A stretch of 64,000 nt of DNA from an uncultured cyanobacterium (lineage in GTDB: Bacteria > Cyanobacteriota > Cyanobacteriia > Cyanobacteriales > Nostocaceae). The position numbers were made by a program, and so were the translations under genes. How positions within the stretch are numbered: the first letter of the stretch is position 1; each line of letters starts with the position of its first letter. Below the pieces are notes generated by a model. It worked only from the letters and a program-made list of their open reading frames with translations, did not search any database and had not been told where the DNA came from. The stretch is taken from NCBI GenBank assembly GCA_963740315.1, contig CAVUDP010000002.1, forward strand, positions 448,001 to 512,000, given 5' to 3'. This document shows, piece by piece, positions 51,011-62,832 of the stretch.

Positions 51011-51123
51011 TTAACTGGTTCCCATGCTCAGCCTGGGAACCCATGACTGGAGGCTCTGCCTCTTAATATTGAGGCAGAGCCTCACATACAGGAGTTCCCA
51101 GCCGGAGACTGGGAACTAGTTAA
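51011..51123. repeat. Three-hairpin REP-like element
   Basis: GTTCCCA..TGGGAAC, GAGGCTCTGCCTC..GAGGCAGAGCCTC and GTTCCCAG..CTGGGAAC, with inverted TTAACT ends. Confidence 0.8.
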
Positions 51124-51137
51124 CTAGAATTTTCTTG

Positions 51138-52337
51138 CTATTTAGTTGATTTGGCGATCGTTCCTAACTGCAATCCTGGCGGATAACTACCTTCTTCTTT
51201 AACTCGCTTAATTTCAGTATCGCCGATGCGTAAGTTTAATTTTGAAGCAAGCGATCGCAAAATATCTCCTCGATCGATTAAACCAGCGATCGCACCAGCA
51301 GGTGAAAGTACGGTAACGCGCTGCAATTTTTCGTTTTCTAATTTGGTAATTACTTCTACTAGACTTGTCGATTCTTCCACGGTGGGAATTTCATCTAAAG
51401 GACGTACTATACTTTGTACGGTTTGAGTTTCCCACAAACTTCTTTCAATAACTCGCAAATCATCGACGTTAACCATCCCCTGATAGCGCCCATCTCGATC
51501 GGCAAAATAAACTTGCGATTGATTGCTTGCTAATAAATACTCGTCAGCAAAGGCACGTAAACTAATATCAGCATTAACTACGCGAAATTCCCTAGTCATG
51601 GCATTGCTAGCAACCATTTCTAACAAGGTTTCCTGTAGCTCAGTGACGCGCAGGTAAGTAGTTGCGTTACGGATACCAAACCAACCCAACAATGCAATCC
51701 ATAAACCCGTTACTAATTCACCCGTTGAAAAATCTATTAGCAAACCCAACGCGATCGCAGCATAACCTAAAACTTGTCCCGTTCTTGCTGCTAAACGTAC
51801 TGCTTTAAATCGGTTTCCCGTCGCTTTCCAAAGTGCTGATTTTAAAACTTGTCCGCCATCAAGGGGCAAGCCGGGAATTAAATTAAATAACGCTAAGACT
51901 AAATTAATTCTTGCCAAATCTCCCAACATCATATGCAGGGCAAAAGTATCCGGTATCGCAGCAGCCGTCAAAAATAACACAACAGACAATCCAATACTTA
52001 CCAAAGGACCGGCGATCGCCACTTGAAATGCTTGCCCCGGAGTCTTCGATTCTTCTTCTATGGCAGCCATTCCGCCGAATAAAAATAGCGTAATTGAATT
52101 AACTTTAATACCTTGTTTTTGCGCTACTAAGCTGTGTCCTAATTCATGTAAAATTACTGAGCCAAATAGCAACAGCGCCATGATTATTCCAGCACTCCAA
52201 CCTTGAATGGTTCCCAATTCTTGATAAGAAATTCCAAAATTGAGAGTTGCCAAACCCAAAATTACAAACCATAAAGGGTCTAAAAATAAGGGAATTCCAA
52301 ACAAGGCACCGATTCGCCAACTTGAACTCGATCGCAT
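51138..52337 (-). CDS. Site-2 protease (M50) with CBS domains
   Basis: HELGH, AGP, FNLIPGLPLDGG, C-terminal CBS pair. Confidence 0.93.
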   Translation of the reverse strand: MRSSSSWRIGALFGIPLFLDPLWFVILGLATLNFGISYQELGTIQGWSAGIIMALLLFGSVILHELGHSLVAQKQGIKVNSITLFLFGGMAAIEEESKTPGQAFQVAIAGPLVSIGLSVVLFLTAAAIPDTFALHMMLGDLARINLVLALFNLIPGLPLDGGQVLKSALWKATGNRFKAVRLAARTGQVLGYAAIALGLLIDFSTGELVTGLWIALLGWFGIRNATTYLRVTELQETLLEMVASNAMTREFRVVNADISLRAFADEYLLASNQSQVYFADRDGRYQGMVNVDDLRVIERSLWETQTVQSIVRPLDEIPTVEESTSLVEVITKLENEKLQRVTVLSPAGAIAGLIDRGDILRSLASKLNLRIGDTEIKRVKEEGSYPPGLQLGTIAKSTK

Positions 52338-52738
52338 AATATTTTTCCTAAATCAGATTTTCTTAACTTCAGTTCAAAATGCAATTAATTTTAATAAAAT
52401 TTAAACTTCTACTCAAAACATAAACAATAAAATAATGCTTTTTGAACCGCTCTATCTTTTAGGATAAACAATTATGCAATAGTATATTTTCGCTTCTTAT
52501 TCGGTAAACTTCACTTTAATTGTTCGGTTTCAACAGTTAAGAATTAAAAATTGGGCATAGGGCATTGGGCATTGGGCATTGGGCATTGGGAATTGGGCAT
52601 TGGGCATTGGTAATTGGTAATAGCGAGTAGAAATTAATTATTCTCCCCCTCTCCCCATCCCCCCATCCCCTTGTCCCCTTGTCCCCTCTTCCCCCATCCC
52701 CCCATCCCTCCCCAAAGATGAGGAGGGTAGAGTAACAT

Positions 52739-53002
52739 TTATGACAGGCGACCGATATTATGCAATCCTAGAACAATACCTACGCCGAGAAGATGACCAA
52801 AACACATAGCACCAACAAATGCAGGTACACTTAGAGGTAAAGGTAAACCGGGGAATTTCGGTCCTACTTGGGGATAGCGAATAATTCTGGGAGCTAATAA
52901 AACTGTTACCAAACAGCAAACGCTAATAATTATTCCTACGGCTGGACTCCAACTACCTGTGGTGGCAACTGTTGGTTGAACTGCTAATAATGATGAAATC
53001 AA
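52739..53002 (-). CDS. psaK: Photosystem I subunit PsaK
   Basis: WSPAVGIII...VGPKFP...FGHLLGVGIVLGLHNIG. TTG start after AGGAGA. Confidence 0.9.
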   Translation of the reverse strand: MISSLLAVQPTVATTGSWSPAVGIIISVCCLVTVLLAPRIIRYPQVGPKFPGLPLPLSVPAFVGAMCFGHLLGVGIVLGLHNIGRLS

Positions 53003-53133
53003 AGTATTTTCTCCTAAATGAAGAGACAAACAATCTAAGCCATCAAAATTATAAAAATTGCTGGGACAATAACCATTAGATGTCTTAAGAATTTACAATT
53101 TTTTGAAGTTTCGCTACAAATATTCATAATTCT

Positions 53134-53763
53134 ATGCGAGTAAAAATTTGCGGTATCACTCAACCACACCAGGGTAAAAGCATTGTTTCTCTTGGTGCGA
53201 CGGCGTTAGGATTCATTTGCGTACCTGCATCGCCGAGGTATGTTAACTCAGAACAAATTAAAGCGGTAATCGAACAGTTACCAGAACAAACTGATAAAAT
53301 CGGTGTTTTTGCCAACTCTAGCAAAGAAGAAATTGCTCAAACAGTTGCACGGACTGGATTAACAGGCGTACAACTCCACGGAGACGAACCAAAGGAATTT
53401 TGTCAGCAACTGCGTCAATCGTTACCAAATGTAGAAATTATCAAAGCCTTGCGAATCAAAGCGAATGATGATTTCGATCGCGCAAAAACCTATACCGAAT
53501 ATGTAGATACCTTATTACTCGATGCTTATCATCCCCAGCAGTTGGGAGGTACGGGTAAAACATTAAATTGGGATACATTAGTGCAATTCAACCCCGACTG
53601 CCCCTGGTTTCTAGCCGGAGGATTAACACCCCAAAATGTTTTACAAGCCCTAAATAAAGTCAAACCCAACGGTATCGATCTTTCAAGCGGAGTCGAAACA
53701 GCCCCTGGGGATAAGGATTTGGGTAAAGTTGGTGAATTGTTTGAGAAACTAAGAGAAGGGTGA
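53134..53763 (+). CDS. trpF: Phosphoribosylanthranilate isomerase
   Basis: VKICGIT, VQLHGDE, LLDA, GGTG, LAGGL, DLSSGVE..PG.KD. Confidence 0.95.
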   Translation: MRVKICGITQPHQGKSIVSLGATALGFICVPASPRYVNSEQIKAVIEQLPEQTDKIGVFANSSKEEIAQTVARTGLTGVQLHGDEPKEFCQQLRQSLPNVEIIKALRIKANDDFDRAKTYTEYVDTLLLDAYHPQQLGGTGKTLNWDTLVQFNPDCPWFLAGGLTPQNVLQALNKVKPNGIDLSSGVETAPGDKDLGKVGELFEKLREG

Positions 53764-54016
53764 TGGGGAATGGGGTGATGGGGAGATAGGGAGATGGGGA
53801 GATGGGGAGATGGGGAGATGGGGAGACAAGGAGATGGGGAGATGGGGAGCCGGAGTAGTGCGAGCATCTTGCTCGCTGTTTAACTACCCCCTCTATTCCC
53901 TCTACCCCCTCTACTCCCTCTACCCCCTCTACCCCCTCTACCCCTTCTACCCCTTCTACCCCCTCTACCCCCATTCCCAATCTAAAATCTAAAATCTAAA
54001 ATCTAAAATCCAAAAT
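53762..54016. repeat. Mixed STRR tracts and a GTAGTGCGAGCATCTTGCTCGC REP-like palindrome
   Basis: (TGGGGAGA)n, (CTACCCCCT)n, (TCTAAAA)n. The palindrome is also present at ~50214. Confidence 0.9.
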
Positions 54017-54724
54017 TTAGAAGAACGACGGTTGGTGACGAATCAAACTAAAGAATTCTTCGCGGGTTTTCTGTTCTTGCTCGAATACTCCTAACATGGC
54101 GCTGGTAACTGTCCAAGAACCGGGTTTTTGCACTCCCCGCATTGTCATGCACGTATGTGTAGCTTCCATTACCACTGCAACGCCTTGGGGATCGAGAATT
54201 TCTTGAATGGCTTCGGCTATTTGACGGTTCAATCTTTCTTGTACTTGTAAGCGACGAGAGTACATTTCTACAATTCGAGCCAGTTTGCTTAATCCCACGA
54301 CTTTCTGATTGGGGATATAAGCAACGTGGGCTTTACCCATGAATGGCAACATATGGTGTTCGCACAAACTAAAGAAGTTGATATCGCGAACCAACACCAT
54401 TTCGTTGTGCCCTTCGTCAAATATGGCACCGTTAACTAAGTCTTCTAAAGATTGACTGTAGCCACTGGTCAGAAATCGCATCGATTCTGCTACACGTTTT
54501 GGTGTTTTGAGCAATCCTTCTCTTTCTGGATCTTCTCCAACCCCTAAAAGCATCGTTCTTACAGCATCCTTCATTTGCTCCATCTGTTCCTCTGAAGGAG
54601 GTTTTAAATTGGGTTGCGAACCATCTTTAGTGTTGCGATCGGGTCGGGGATTTACGGCATCTTCTAAGTTGGGAATCAGAGGAGATTGAGAATAATTGGA
54701 ACCGTTAGAACTAGCAATAGTCAT
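54017..54724 (-). CDS. folE: GTP cyclohydrolase I
   Basis: [44 protein letters not shown]. Confidence 0.96.
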   Translation of the reverse strand: MTIASSNGSNYSQSPLIPNLEDAVNPRPDRNTKDGSQPNLKPPSEEQMEQMKDAVRTMLLGVGEDPEREGLLKTPKRVAESMRFLTSGYSQSLEDLVNGAIFDEGHNEMVLVRDINFFSLCEHHMLPFMGKAHVAYIPNQKVVGLSKLARIVEMYSRRLQVQERLNRQIAEAIQEILDPQGVAVVMEATHTCMTMRGVQKPGSWTVTSAMLGVFEQEQKTREEFFSLIRHQPSFF

Positions 54725-54924
54725 GATGTCAGTCTGAATTAAAAATTCGGAAAATGAGTGATAAATGAAGACGGTTAGCAGTTAGCAAATTTGTAATATG
54801 GTGTATCTCCACCAAGTCTGATTAAATTTTTCACAAGATTAATTGGGTCATAAGAACGGTGGTCGATCGCAAGGTACTATTACAAACTACAAGTGTGACT
54901 GGTAATTAATAACCGATCGCTGAT

Positions 54925-55644
54925 TTACAAAACTCCCGCGCTGGGCATTAAAGTTAATTCATCAACAACTGCTTGTTTTGGTAATAATGCGATATGAAGT
55001 ATCGATTGAGCAACAATTTCTGGTGTCAACATATTTGAGCGATCGAAGTCGGCATTCACGGTTTTTGTATCCCAAATTTCTGTATTTACTGCACCCGGAC
55101 AAATAGCAGTTACGCGAATTCCGTTGGCGCGTTCTTCTTGAGCAAGGGCTTGAGAAAGAGCAATTACGCCCGCTTTGCTAACGCTGTAGGCTCCCCAGTT
55201 AGCAAATGCCTGTTTGCCTGCAATAGAAGCTACGTTAATAATTGTGCCTCTTTTCTGTTGGCGCATTGAGGGCAAAATTCCCTTTATGCATTCAAATACA
55301 CTGGTAAGATTCAAATCGATTACTTGCTGCCAGTCGGATAAAGGTGTTTCGCTTAAGGTGCCGGTGTAACCCATACCAGCATTGTTAACAAGAATATCTA
55401 TGTTACCATCAAGGACTATTCGATGAATATCTTGTTCTACTTTAGATACATCTGCTAAGTCCAAGACATAAGTTTTAGCTTCAACTCCAGCTTTGATTGC
55501 AGCGGAAGCTACGGCTGCTAATTTATCGGCAGAACGACTTACTAAGGCAACATCAATTCCTGAAGATGCAAAAGCCAAAGCTGTTTCTCTACCAATACCG
55601 CTACTTGCGCCTGTAATTAAGGCGCGTGCTTTATGTTTGGTCAT
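54925..55644 (-). CDS. SDR family oxidoreductase
   Basis: TGASSGIG, NNAG, YSVSK. Conserved position between accA and folE. Confidence 0.92.
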   Translation of the reverse strand: MTKHKARALITGASSGIGRETALAFASSGIDVALVSRSADKLAAVASAAIKAGVEAKTYVLDLADVSKVEQDIHRIVLDGNIDILVNNAGMGYTGTLSETPLSDWQQVIDLNLTSVFECIKGILPSMRQQKRGTIINVASIAGKQAFANWGAYSVSKAGVIALSQALAQEERANGIRVTAICPGAVNTEIWDTKTVNADFDRSNMLTPEIVAQSILHIALLPKQAVVDELTLMPSAGVL

Positions 55645-56019
55645 ACTGTTTTCTCAAATTAATAGTTGGTTGAATCTTCAAGAAGAAAACCAATTACTCC
55701 AGCCTAAAACATTTTGATAATATAAATAAAGTTTATAAAATTGGGATACATCACTACTAAGGTAGAGATTTTTTACGAGAGTTTCTTCTGACAAATTTTA
55801 TTTTTAAGCAGCACAATAAACTAGTCCCTTTTTACTAAGGTTCCAATGTTAATAATTGTGTAATCAACAATTATTTATCTTAAATTCATTTTCGTACAAC
55901 GCTAATTAGCCATCAATACCGAAAGCCTATGACAATAATTGTTAAGAACTGTTAAATGCCATAGGCAATTATATCATTGCCGCAGTGGATAATAATTTTC
56001 TCCAAACTTATTAGTGGGG

Positions 56020-57000
56020 TTAGTGAGCAGCTTCTGTAAAAACCCCCATTTTACGGAATCTTTGATAGCGCATTTCTTTTCTTTCTTGAGCTTGCAAACC
56101 GTTGAGTATTTCCAAGTTTTCTAAGAGCGCTCCTTTGAGGGTATTAGCTGCTTGTAAAGGATCGGAATGAGCGCCACCAACTGGTTCTGTTAATATTTGA
56201 TCGATAATACCCAAATTTTTCAGGTCGTGAGAAATAATTTTTAAAGCTGCGGTTGCTTGGGGTGCTTTAGCTGCATCTTTCCACAAAATCGCCGCACAAG
56301 CTTCGGGGGTTGCAACGGTGTATACGGAATGCTCAAACATCATGACGCGATCGCCAATTCCAATACCGAGCGCTCCACCGGAACCACCTTCACCAATGAC
56401 GGTACAGATGATGGGAACGTCGTAGGAAAACATTTCTCTTAAATTGTAAGCAATTGCTTCACCTTGCCCTTGTTGTTCGGCGATAACAGTAGGTAAAGCA
56501 CCGGGAGTATCGATAAAAGTGATGATGGGCATACCAAATTTATTGGCGTGTTCCATCAGTCGCAATGCTTTGCGGTATCCACCAGGAGAAGCCATACCAA
56601 AGTTACGGGCAATATTATCTTTGGTGTCCCGTCCTTTTTGATGACCTAAAATTACTACAGGTTGATTTCCCAAACGTGCCAGTCCACCGACTAAAGCGGG
56701 ATCGTCCGAACCACATCTATCTCCGTGTAGTTCTACCCATTCATCGGTAATTGCTTGAATATAGTCTAAAGTACTGGGACGACGGGGATGACGAGCAACT
56801 TGAAGGCGCTGGGTAGGCGATAGGCTGCTAAAAATTTCTTCACGTAATTGCATGGCGCGTGCTTCTAACTGATGTATCTGTGACGTTACATCTACGCCAT
56901 TTTCTTCCGCAAGTTTACGAATCTGCTCAATTCGGTTTGCCAGTTCTGCTAGGGGCTTTTCAAAGTCCAAAAGTAGCGGTTTACGCTCTTGTGTAGCCAT
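56020..57000 (-). CDS. accA: Acetyl-CoA carboxylase carboxyltransferase alpha
   Basis: [38 protein letters not shown]. Confidence 0.97.
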   Translation of the reverse strand: MATQERKPLLLDFEKPLAELANRIEQIRKLAEENGVDVTSQIHQLEARAMQLREEIFSSLSPTQRLQVARHPRRPSTLDYIQAITDEWVELHGDRCGSDDPALVGGLARLGNQPVVILGHQKGRDTKDNIARNFGMASPGGYRKALRLMEHANKFGMPIITFIDTPGALPTVIAEQQGQGEAIAYNLREMFSYDVPIICTVIGEGGSGGALGIGIGDRVMMFEHSVYTVATPEACAAILWKDAAKAPQATAALKIISHDLKNLGIIDQILTEPVGGAHSDPLQAANTLKGALLENLEILNGLQAQERKEMRYQRFRKMGVFTEAAH

Positions 57001-57223
57001 TGTTTGAATAATGAGTTGTGAGTTACAAGAAACAGCGCGTTATGAGTTAAGAGTTGAGATATATAGATAATTACTTTACTCCTAACTCATAACCATTAAT
57101 AGTTAACCGTTAACTACTGGAGAACTCCATAAGGAAAAATATCCAATGCTAGAGGCAGGCAATAAATAATTACGCTTGTCCGAATCAAAGGATGTCTTGT
57201 AAGCCCCAATGTTTAACTGTTAA

Positions 57224-58243
57224 TCACACTAGCAGCGGTCGAAATCCATGTTTAATAGACACTTGACCAATCTGCTCCATTTTCTCTACGGTAATCTGAT
57301 TGCGCCCCCAAGAAAAGTTAGTGTACAACTTTTCAAATTCAAGCAGCATTGATTCGGCAAAACAAGCAAAAAGTTGACGACCGGGAACATCCATGTTGAC
57401 AATGTTCATAATTTTCCAGTCAATGTCAAGAGAATGCTCTACAATGCCACCGTTGAGTACGTATACGTCTGGATGCACAACGAGCGTTGCTAAATTTTTG
57501 GGATAACCACCATCAATTAGCAAACAAGGTTTCTTCAACACGGTGGGGTCAATTTCCACACCTTTGGGCATACTGGCAACCCAAACGATAATATCTGCTT
57601 CGGGTAACGCTGCCTCTAGACCCATTATTTTTCCACGACCGAGGTCAGATTGCAAGGATGAAAGGCGTTCGGCGTTACGCGCTATCAACAACAATTCCTT
57701 CACATCTGTCTTCGCATCCAGCCAACGACAGACGGCACTACCAATATCTCCTGTAGCACCACATACCGCAACTGTTGCCGACTCTAAGTCTATGCCAAGT
57801 CTTTTCGAGGCTTGCTCTACTTGCCGACAAATAATGTAGGCAGTATGAGTATTTCCTGTAGTAAACCGTTCAAACTCTAATTTGATGTTGCGGATTTGAG
57901 GAATTTGTTCTAACTTAAAATTCTCAAAAATAATCGAGGAAAAACCACCCAAAGCAGTAATATTTATACCGTGTTTTTGGGCATGAGCCATCGCATTTAG
58001 TATTTTGCGAGTAGCAGCCTTCATGCGGCGAGAAGCCAGCATTTCCGGTAAAAAGCAAGATTCAACATACCGACCTTCGATTTTTTGTCCGGTTACACTT
58101 GTGACCGTAATATTATCTACTATTTGGGGTGGCGCACTACACCAAAAATCTAGCCCCTGGTCGGCATATTCTGGGTAGCCTAATTCTTTAGCTACTCTTT
58201 GAGCGTGTTCTAAACTTGTAAGATGTCCGATTAAACCAAACAT
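57224..58243 (-). CDS. aar: Long-chain acyl-ACP reductase
   Basis: [37 protein letters not shown]. Confidence 0.96.
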   Translation of the reverse strand: MFGLIGHLTSLEHAQRVAKELGYPEYADQGLDFWCSAPPQIVDNITVTSVTGQKIEGRYVESCFLPEMLASRRMKAATRKILNAMAHAQKHGINITALGGFSSIIFENFKLEQIPQIRNIKLEFERFTTGNTHTAYIICRQVEQASKRLGIDLESATVAVCGATGDIGSAVCRWLDAKTDVKELLLIARNAERLSSLQSDLGRGKIMGLEAALPEADIIVWVASMPKGVEIDPTVLKKPCLLIDGGYPKNLATLVVHPDVYVLNGGIVEHSLDIDWKIMNIVNMDVPGRQLFACFAESMLLEFEKLYTNFSWGRNQITVEKMEQIGQVSIKHGFRPLLV

Positions 58244-58418
58244 GAACTATTAATTTCGGCTTATGCTTTGTGAAAGGATTTAAGGCGTGGAATATAAATA
58301 GACACCATAAGAATTGCTCCTCTGGAAAACCGTAAATGGTACCCGATTGCGATCGGGCGAGGAGCAATAATCATAGCTAATTATTCCTATTGTCAAACAA
58401 ACAAAAAGGCTACTGCGA

Positions 58419-59114
58419 TTAAGCGGCTCTAAGTCCGTATGCAGAAAGACGCATGATATCGCGAGTGGTGAAGCCAATATTACTCAAAGCGTCACCGTAT
58501 TGAATCATAAAGTCTTCTACCAAAGCATCTTTACCCATTGCCATATTTTCCGCATCGTTTTCTACTTCGTTAAGCATTTTCCAAACGATAGGCAGGTTTT
58601 GGGCGTTTGCTGCTTCTAATTCAGCTTTGGATTCTTCAAAATGTTCCTTTAGCCAAACTTCTCCAAAGTTGAGGTGAGTATATTCATCTTTTACAACACC
58701 TTCAGTAATCTTACGAGAGAAATCATCCGCTACTGGAATAAAGATGTGGTAAGCGGCGATCGCAAAACATTCGATAATCAAAGACTGAATCAACAAGCAG
58801 GTAACAATTTTATTTTGTGCGGCTGCTTCCTGGAAATTTTGATGTAATGGAGCAAAAAACTCTTTAGCGAATTCCATATCCGCAGTAACTTCCAGATTTT
58901 TAGCGCAAGCTTGAAAACCTTTTTTGTGACGCATTTCCATTTTAGAAAGACGAACTAAGTCATCTTTTTTGTCTGGAATCAATTGCGCCAGTGATAAATA
59001 ATTTTCGTATGCTTCTTGTTCTCCCTCAACCACGATCGCATTAATGCGGCTGAAAGCGTCTTTATATGTTTCGCTACGATAATCGAGTGAAGATGGGGCT
59101 ATAAGCTCCTGCAT
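58419..59114 (-). CDS. ado: Aldehyde-deformylating oxygenase
   Basis: [19 protein letters not shown], two ExxH motifs (EMRH, EYTH), directly upstream of aar. Confidence 0.96.
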   Translation of the reverse strand: MQELIAPSSLDYRSETYKDAFSRINAIVVEGEQEAYENYLSLAQLIPDKKDDLVRLSKMEMRHKKGFQACAKNLEVTADMEFAKEFFAPLHQNFQEAAAQNKIVTCLLIQSLIIECFAIAAYHIFIPVADDFSRKITEGVVKDEYTHLNFGEVWLKEHFEESKAELEAANAQNLPIVWKMLNEVENDAENMAMGKDALVEDFMIQYGDALSNIGFTTRDIMRLSAYGLRAA

Positions 59115-59447
59115 CTTGATTTCCCTCCAGATATGAAAGTATATGATAGTCTTCTGTGATGAACTTGGAATGAAGTTGACTTGTATCGATGAAATTAGAA
59201 GGAACGTATTTCTACCACAGCGACCAAACCTATTACTAGTATGAATTCCTGGGTATCAATTACTTCCATCTTAATAACCATCATCGTTTACTTTAATTGT
59301 GCTTCATTTTTTATCCTCGGTCGTCAACAGAATTACAGAATTAACGTGGTTTAATTTTACTTAATAAGCCACTATGTTATAGATTAGCTGTTGCTGGGGG
59401 CGATTGCTCTAGTAACAGAAAAACTAATGCTTGGGTAAGCTTTATTT

Positions 59448-60275
59448 ATGTACGAATCAAGCTGGACGCGAAAATACGGTAACTTCCTCACGCTAGGAAT
59501 ACTATTACTATTGGCGGTTATTATCCTCATACCGCTACTTATGGTCTTCCTAACATCATTTTCGTCTCCAAGTACAAATCAAAGCGTGTTACCGAAAAAT
59601 GGCTGGTCTTTATCTAATTACCGCGATGCATGGGGGCGAGGTAAATTTTTACTAGCATTTGCTAACTCTACTTTAGTAGCCGTTTGTGTTACCTCTCTTC
59701 AAATTATAACTTCTGCGGCTTCAGGTTACGCATTAGCAAGGTTGAAGTTTAGGGGACGCGAACTACTACTCTTAATAGTTTTAGCGACATTGGTAATCCC
59801 CTTTCAGTTGCTGGTGATTCCGATATTTTTAATACTCAAGTGGGGACACATGATAAATACCTACTGGGCGCTGATTTTACCCACTGCTGCTAACGGTTTC
59901 GGTATTTTCTTGCTACGGCAGTATTTTCAAAGTATTCCCATAGAATTAGAAGAAGCAGCAGCCATAGACGGAGCGAACAGGCTGCAAATATTATTGCAAG
60001 TAATGTTACCATTAGCCCGTCCCGCACTGGTAACGCTATTTTTATTTACCTTTATTGGTGAATGGAACGATTTATTTAAACCCTTAGTATTTACAACCAG
60101 ACCGGAATTAAGAACCGTACAACTGGCTTTAGCAGAGTTTCAAGAACAGTTTACCAATAATTGGTCCCTATTAATGGCAGCAGTCACCATAGCCACCGTA
60201 CCCGTAATGCTACTATTCCTCATCGGTCAACGGCAATTTATACGCGGCATCGCCACAACCGGAATTAAGAATTAA
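59448..60275 (+). CDS. Carbohydrate ABC transporter permease
   Basis: GYALARLKFRGR and the EAA loop ELEEAAAIDGA. Confidence 0.92.
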   Translation: MYESSWTRKYGNFLTLGILLLLAVIILIPLLMVFLTSFSSPSTNQSVLPKNGWSLSNYRDAWGRGKFLLAFANSTLVAVCVTSLQIITSAASGYALARLKFRGRELLLLIVLATLVIPFQLLVIPIFLILKWGHMINTYWALILPTAANGFGIFLLRQYFQSIPIELEEAAAIDGANRLQILLQVMLPLARPALVTLFLFTFIGEWNDLFKPLVFTTRPELRTVQLALAEFQEQFTNNWSLLMAAVTIATVPVMLLFLIGQRQFIRGIATTGIKN

Positions 60276-60291
60276 TTTGGGCATTGGGAAC

Positions 60292-60470
60292 AGGTTAAAG
60301 GTTAAAGGTTAAAGGTTAAAGGTTAAAGGTTAAAGGTTAAAGGTTAAAGGTTAAAGGTTAAAGGTTAAAGGTTATAATTCTCCTTGTCTCCCCATCCCCC
60401 CATCTCCCCATCTCCCCATCCCCCCCTCTCCCCATCCCCCCATCTCCCCCATCCCCCCATCCCCCTCTCT
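60292..60470. repeat. STRR (GGTTAAA)n followed by (CCCCATCT)n
   Basis: Tandem heptamers and octamers. Confidence 0.93.
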
Positions 60471-60641
60471 TCAACTATGCCACTACATAAAGTGTCACAT
60501 ATGCGTAATAACTCGGTACGAGGATAAATGTATTTCGAGGTAATGATTTTGAGACAGAAAAATAAACTGTCATCAGTAAGAAGTAATATTTAAAGGCTTT
60601 TGGCTTAAGCTTTAAATTGAAATAAGCGCATCTATTGCAAT

Positions 60642-61286
60642 ATGAATAAAGTGGATGAAGAGAAACTACCTACTGTATTAATGGCATCAAGTTCAAGTGA
60701 ACTACTTCAACGTTATGCAGTAGGAGAAAGAGATTTTCCTGGAAGTAGATTAGATGATGCCAACTTGACTCGTGCCGATCTTAGTGGTGCCGATTTGAGT
60801 CGAGTTCATCTGCAATATGCTTATTTAGCAGGTGCCAAACTTAAGGGTACTAATCTTAGCCAAGGCTTGCTTAACGGCGTTCAATTAACAGGTGCCGTAC
60901 TACGACAAGCTAACTTAAGCATTTCAAATTTGAGTGAAGCTGAATTGTGTGGTGCTGACTTGCGCGATGCTGTGCTGAAAAATGCTGACTTACGCGGTAC
61001 TGACATAAGTAATGCTAATATTAGCTGCGTCAATTTATGCGGTGCTGACTTACGTTACGCCAATCTGGTTAATTCTAATTTCAGCTATACCAACTTTAAA
61101 AATGCGTTTTTAACCGCTGCAAACTTGAGTAGCGCTTATTTGATTGGTGCTAATTTAACTCATACCGATCTCAATGGTGCAAATGTAGAGAATGCTTTAT
61201 TTGGATACAACAAAGGACTGTCCAAGTTTACAAAGCTTGACTTACAAATGCGTGGAGCAATATTTATCATTGACAGCGAACTTTGA
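60642..61286 (+). CDS. Pentapeptide repeat protein
   Basis: LLQRYAVGERDF followed by A(D/N)LxG repeats. Confidence 0.92.
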   Translation: MNKVDEEKLPTVLMASSSSELLQRYAVGERDFPGSRLDDANLTRADLSGADLSRVHLQYAYLAGAKLKGTNLSQGLLNGVQLTGAVLRQANLSISNLSEAELCGADLRDAVLKNADLRGTDISNANISCVNLCGADLRYANLVNSNFSYTNFKNAFLTAANLSSAYLIGANLTHTDLNGANVENALFGYNKGLSKFTKLDLQMRGAIFIIDSEL

Positions 61287-61581
61287 GCAGTGAACAGTGA
61301 GCAGTTAGCAGTTGTATCTATACAAAAATTTTATCAGTAGCTTACGATCCAAATTCGGTTTCTAATCTCCTTCATTTTTAGCCTGTGCAGAGGACAGGCT
61401 TAGTTATCGTAAAAAATAATTCAGTATAATATCTTCGCTAGTTGCCATTCTATTTTTAGATAAAAGTACTTAGCGTAAATCAAAACGTCTTAACGTTAAT
61501 ATTTATTGCTATTAGTCTAAAAAAGTCAATTCCACCTGCTCACTGTTCACTGTTCACTGTTCACTGTTCACCGATCACTGA

Positions 61582-62613
61582 TTATTCGGTTTCTTGGATT
61601 TGCAAGCGAACTGTACGTTCGGTTGTACCGCTAATCCGTAATTCCATGACTTCGCCACCGAGGGGTTCCAAACAATCTAGTAGCGATCTTAGATGTGGTG
61701 TGGAAGCACCCGTATCAACGTAAAGCCGATCTGATAGATTCGCGATGCGTTTCCAAGTCATGTATAGCTTGGCTATGGTTTGCTCGATCGCAGATGCTTG
61801 ATTGACTAAATCGGCGGCTATACTCATGCATCCGACTCTTTGAGCTTCTTCTAATGCTGTTTCAATATCAACTTCTTCGTTGGAAAGGGCTTGTACTTGT
61901 ACGGCTGCTTTGAGATATTTTGCTAGGTAACGCGCCTCTGTTGTAACCTGTTTGAGAGTTTCAACATCTGGATTAGCAGTAATTTCATCTTGGATGACTG
62001 CTTGATGGAGTTGTGGTAATTTTTCCATTTCTTTTACCAGTGGCGCAAGATAACGAGGGGGAAGGGTGTTATCGGCTGCTTTGAGCTTGACTGGTTCGGG
62101 TAGTAAATCTGAGGACATTGCCGTCCACTCTTCAGAAAGTTGCTTTACTTCTCTTCTGGTAATGCGATCGCCATTTTGTGCGGCTTCACTAACCATTATT
62201 TGTACTTCTGGTGAAGCTTTGGCGGTTTCTACAAATGCCCGTTTACTAAAGTTATTGATAGAAGTTGTTTCAAGCTTGCCGGATTCTAACAGGGTATCGG
62301 CGCTGTTTGCTAATTGAATCAAAGCATACGCATTACTTTTACTAATTTCCCGTTCCTTGAGCCATTTTAAAAACCCCGTACCGCGTCCATCTCCTCCTTT
62401 TTTCTCGCGATCGCGAACGGCGCGTAAAATTCTTCCTCGCCAAATATCAGTTTGTAAATCAAATTTATCGCATACGTGCCAAGCTACATCAAGCTGCTGG
62501 AGAAACTCTATTTCAGGAATCGCTTCATCTTCGGGATCGGGTAGCTCGAAAGTCAAGTCTGCTGGCTGTTGTAAGGCTTCAACCAGTTCATTTATATTAT
62601 CGGTTGACTGCAC
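61582..62613 (-). CDS. Conserved cyanobacterial hypothetical protein
   Basis: 343-aa ORF with a GTG start and FDLQTDIWRGRILRAVRDREK. Function unknown. Confidence 0.8.
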   Translation of the reverse strand: MQSTDNINELVEALQQPADLTFELPDPEDEAIPEIEFLQQLDVAWHVCDKFDLQTDIWRGRILRAVRDREKKGGDGRGTGFLKWLKEREISKSNAYALIQLANSADTLLESGKLETTSINNFSKRAFVETAKASPEVQIMVSEAAQNGDRITRREVKQLSEEWTAMSSDLLPEPVKLKAADNTLPPRYLAPLVKEMEKLPQLHQAVIQDEITANPDVETLKQVTTEARYLAKYLKAAVQVQALSNEEVDIETALEEAQRVGCMSIAADLVNQASAIEQTIAKLYMTWKRIANLSDRLYVDTGASTPHLRSLLDCLEPLGGEVMELRISGTTERTVRLQIQETE

Positions 62614-62710
62614 GGTAATAATGGTTCCTTAAGGAAAGCGAAAGGCTTGGTTATTATCACATAATGTGGGTGCCGTATTTGATTTTTAATTATTTTTTTG
62701 TAGAAAGAAA

Positions 62711-62768
62711 GGTTCGTAGTAAGGGCTTAAGCCCTTCTATCCAAGGACTAAAGTCCCGACTACGAACC
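62711..62768. repeat. GTAG-type REP doublet
   Basis: GGTTCGTAGTAAGGGCTTAAGCCCT...GACTACGAACC. Same family as the interior of 17422-17576. Confidence 0.75.
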
Positions 62769-62832
62769 TAGCTTTCTTAACTTGATGGAGTATTAACCAC
62801 TAACAACTAACAACTAACAACTATCAACTAAC

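Noticed and set aside
50872..51137. Cobalamin riboswitch upstream of DUF1636/cbiD
   Set aside because: The hairpins belong to a REP-like repeat and I see no B12-box consensus. An Rfam/Infernal scan would settle it.
53529..53992. Three overlapping low-complexity ORFs
   Set aside because: Derived from STRR tracts or antisense to trpF.
54017..59114. ado-aar-accA-SDR-folE block as a novelty
   Set aside because: This is a well-known conserved cyanobacterial gene order.
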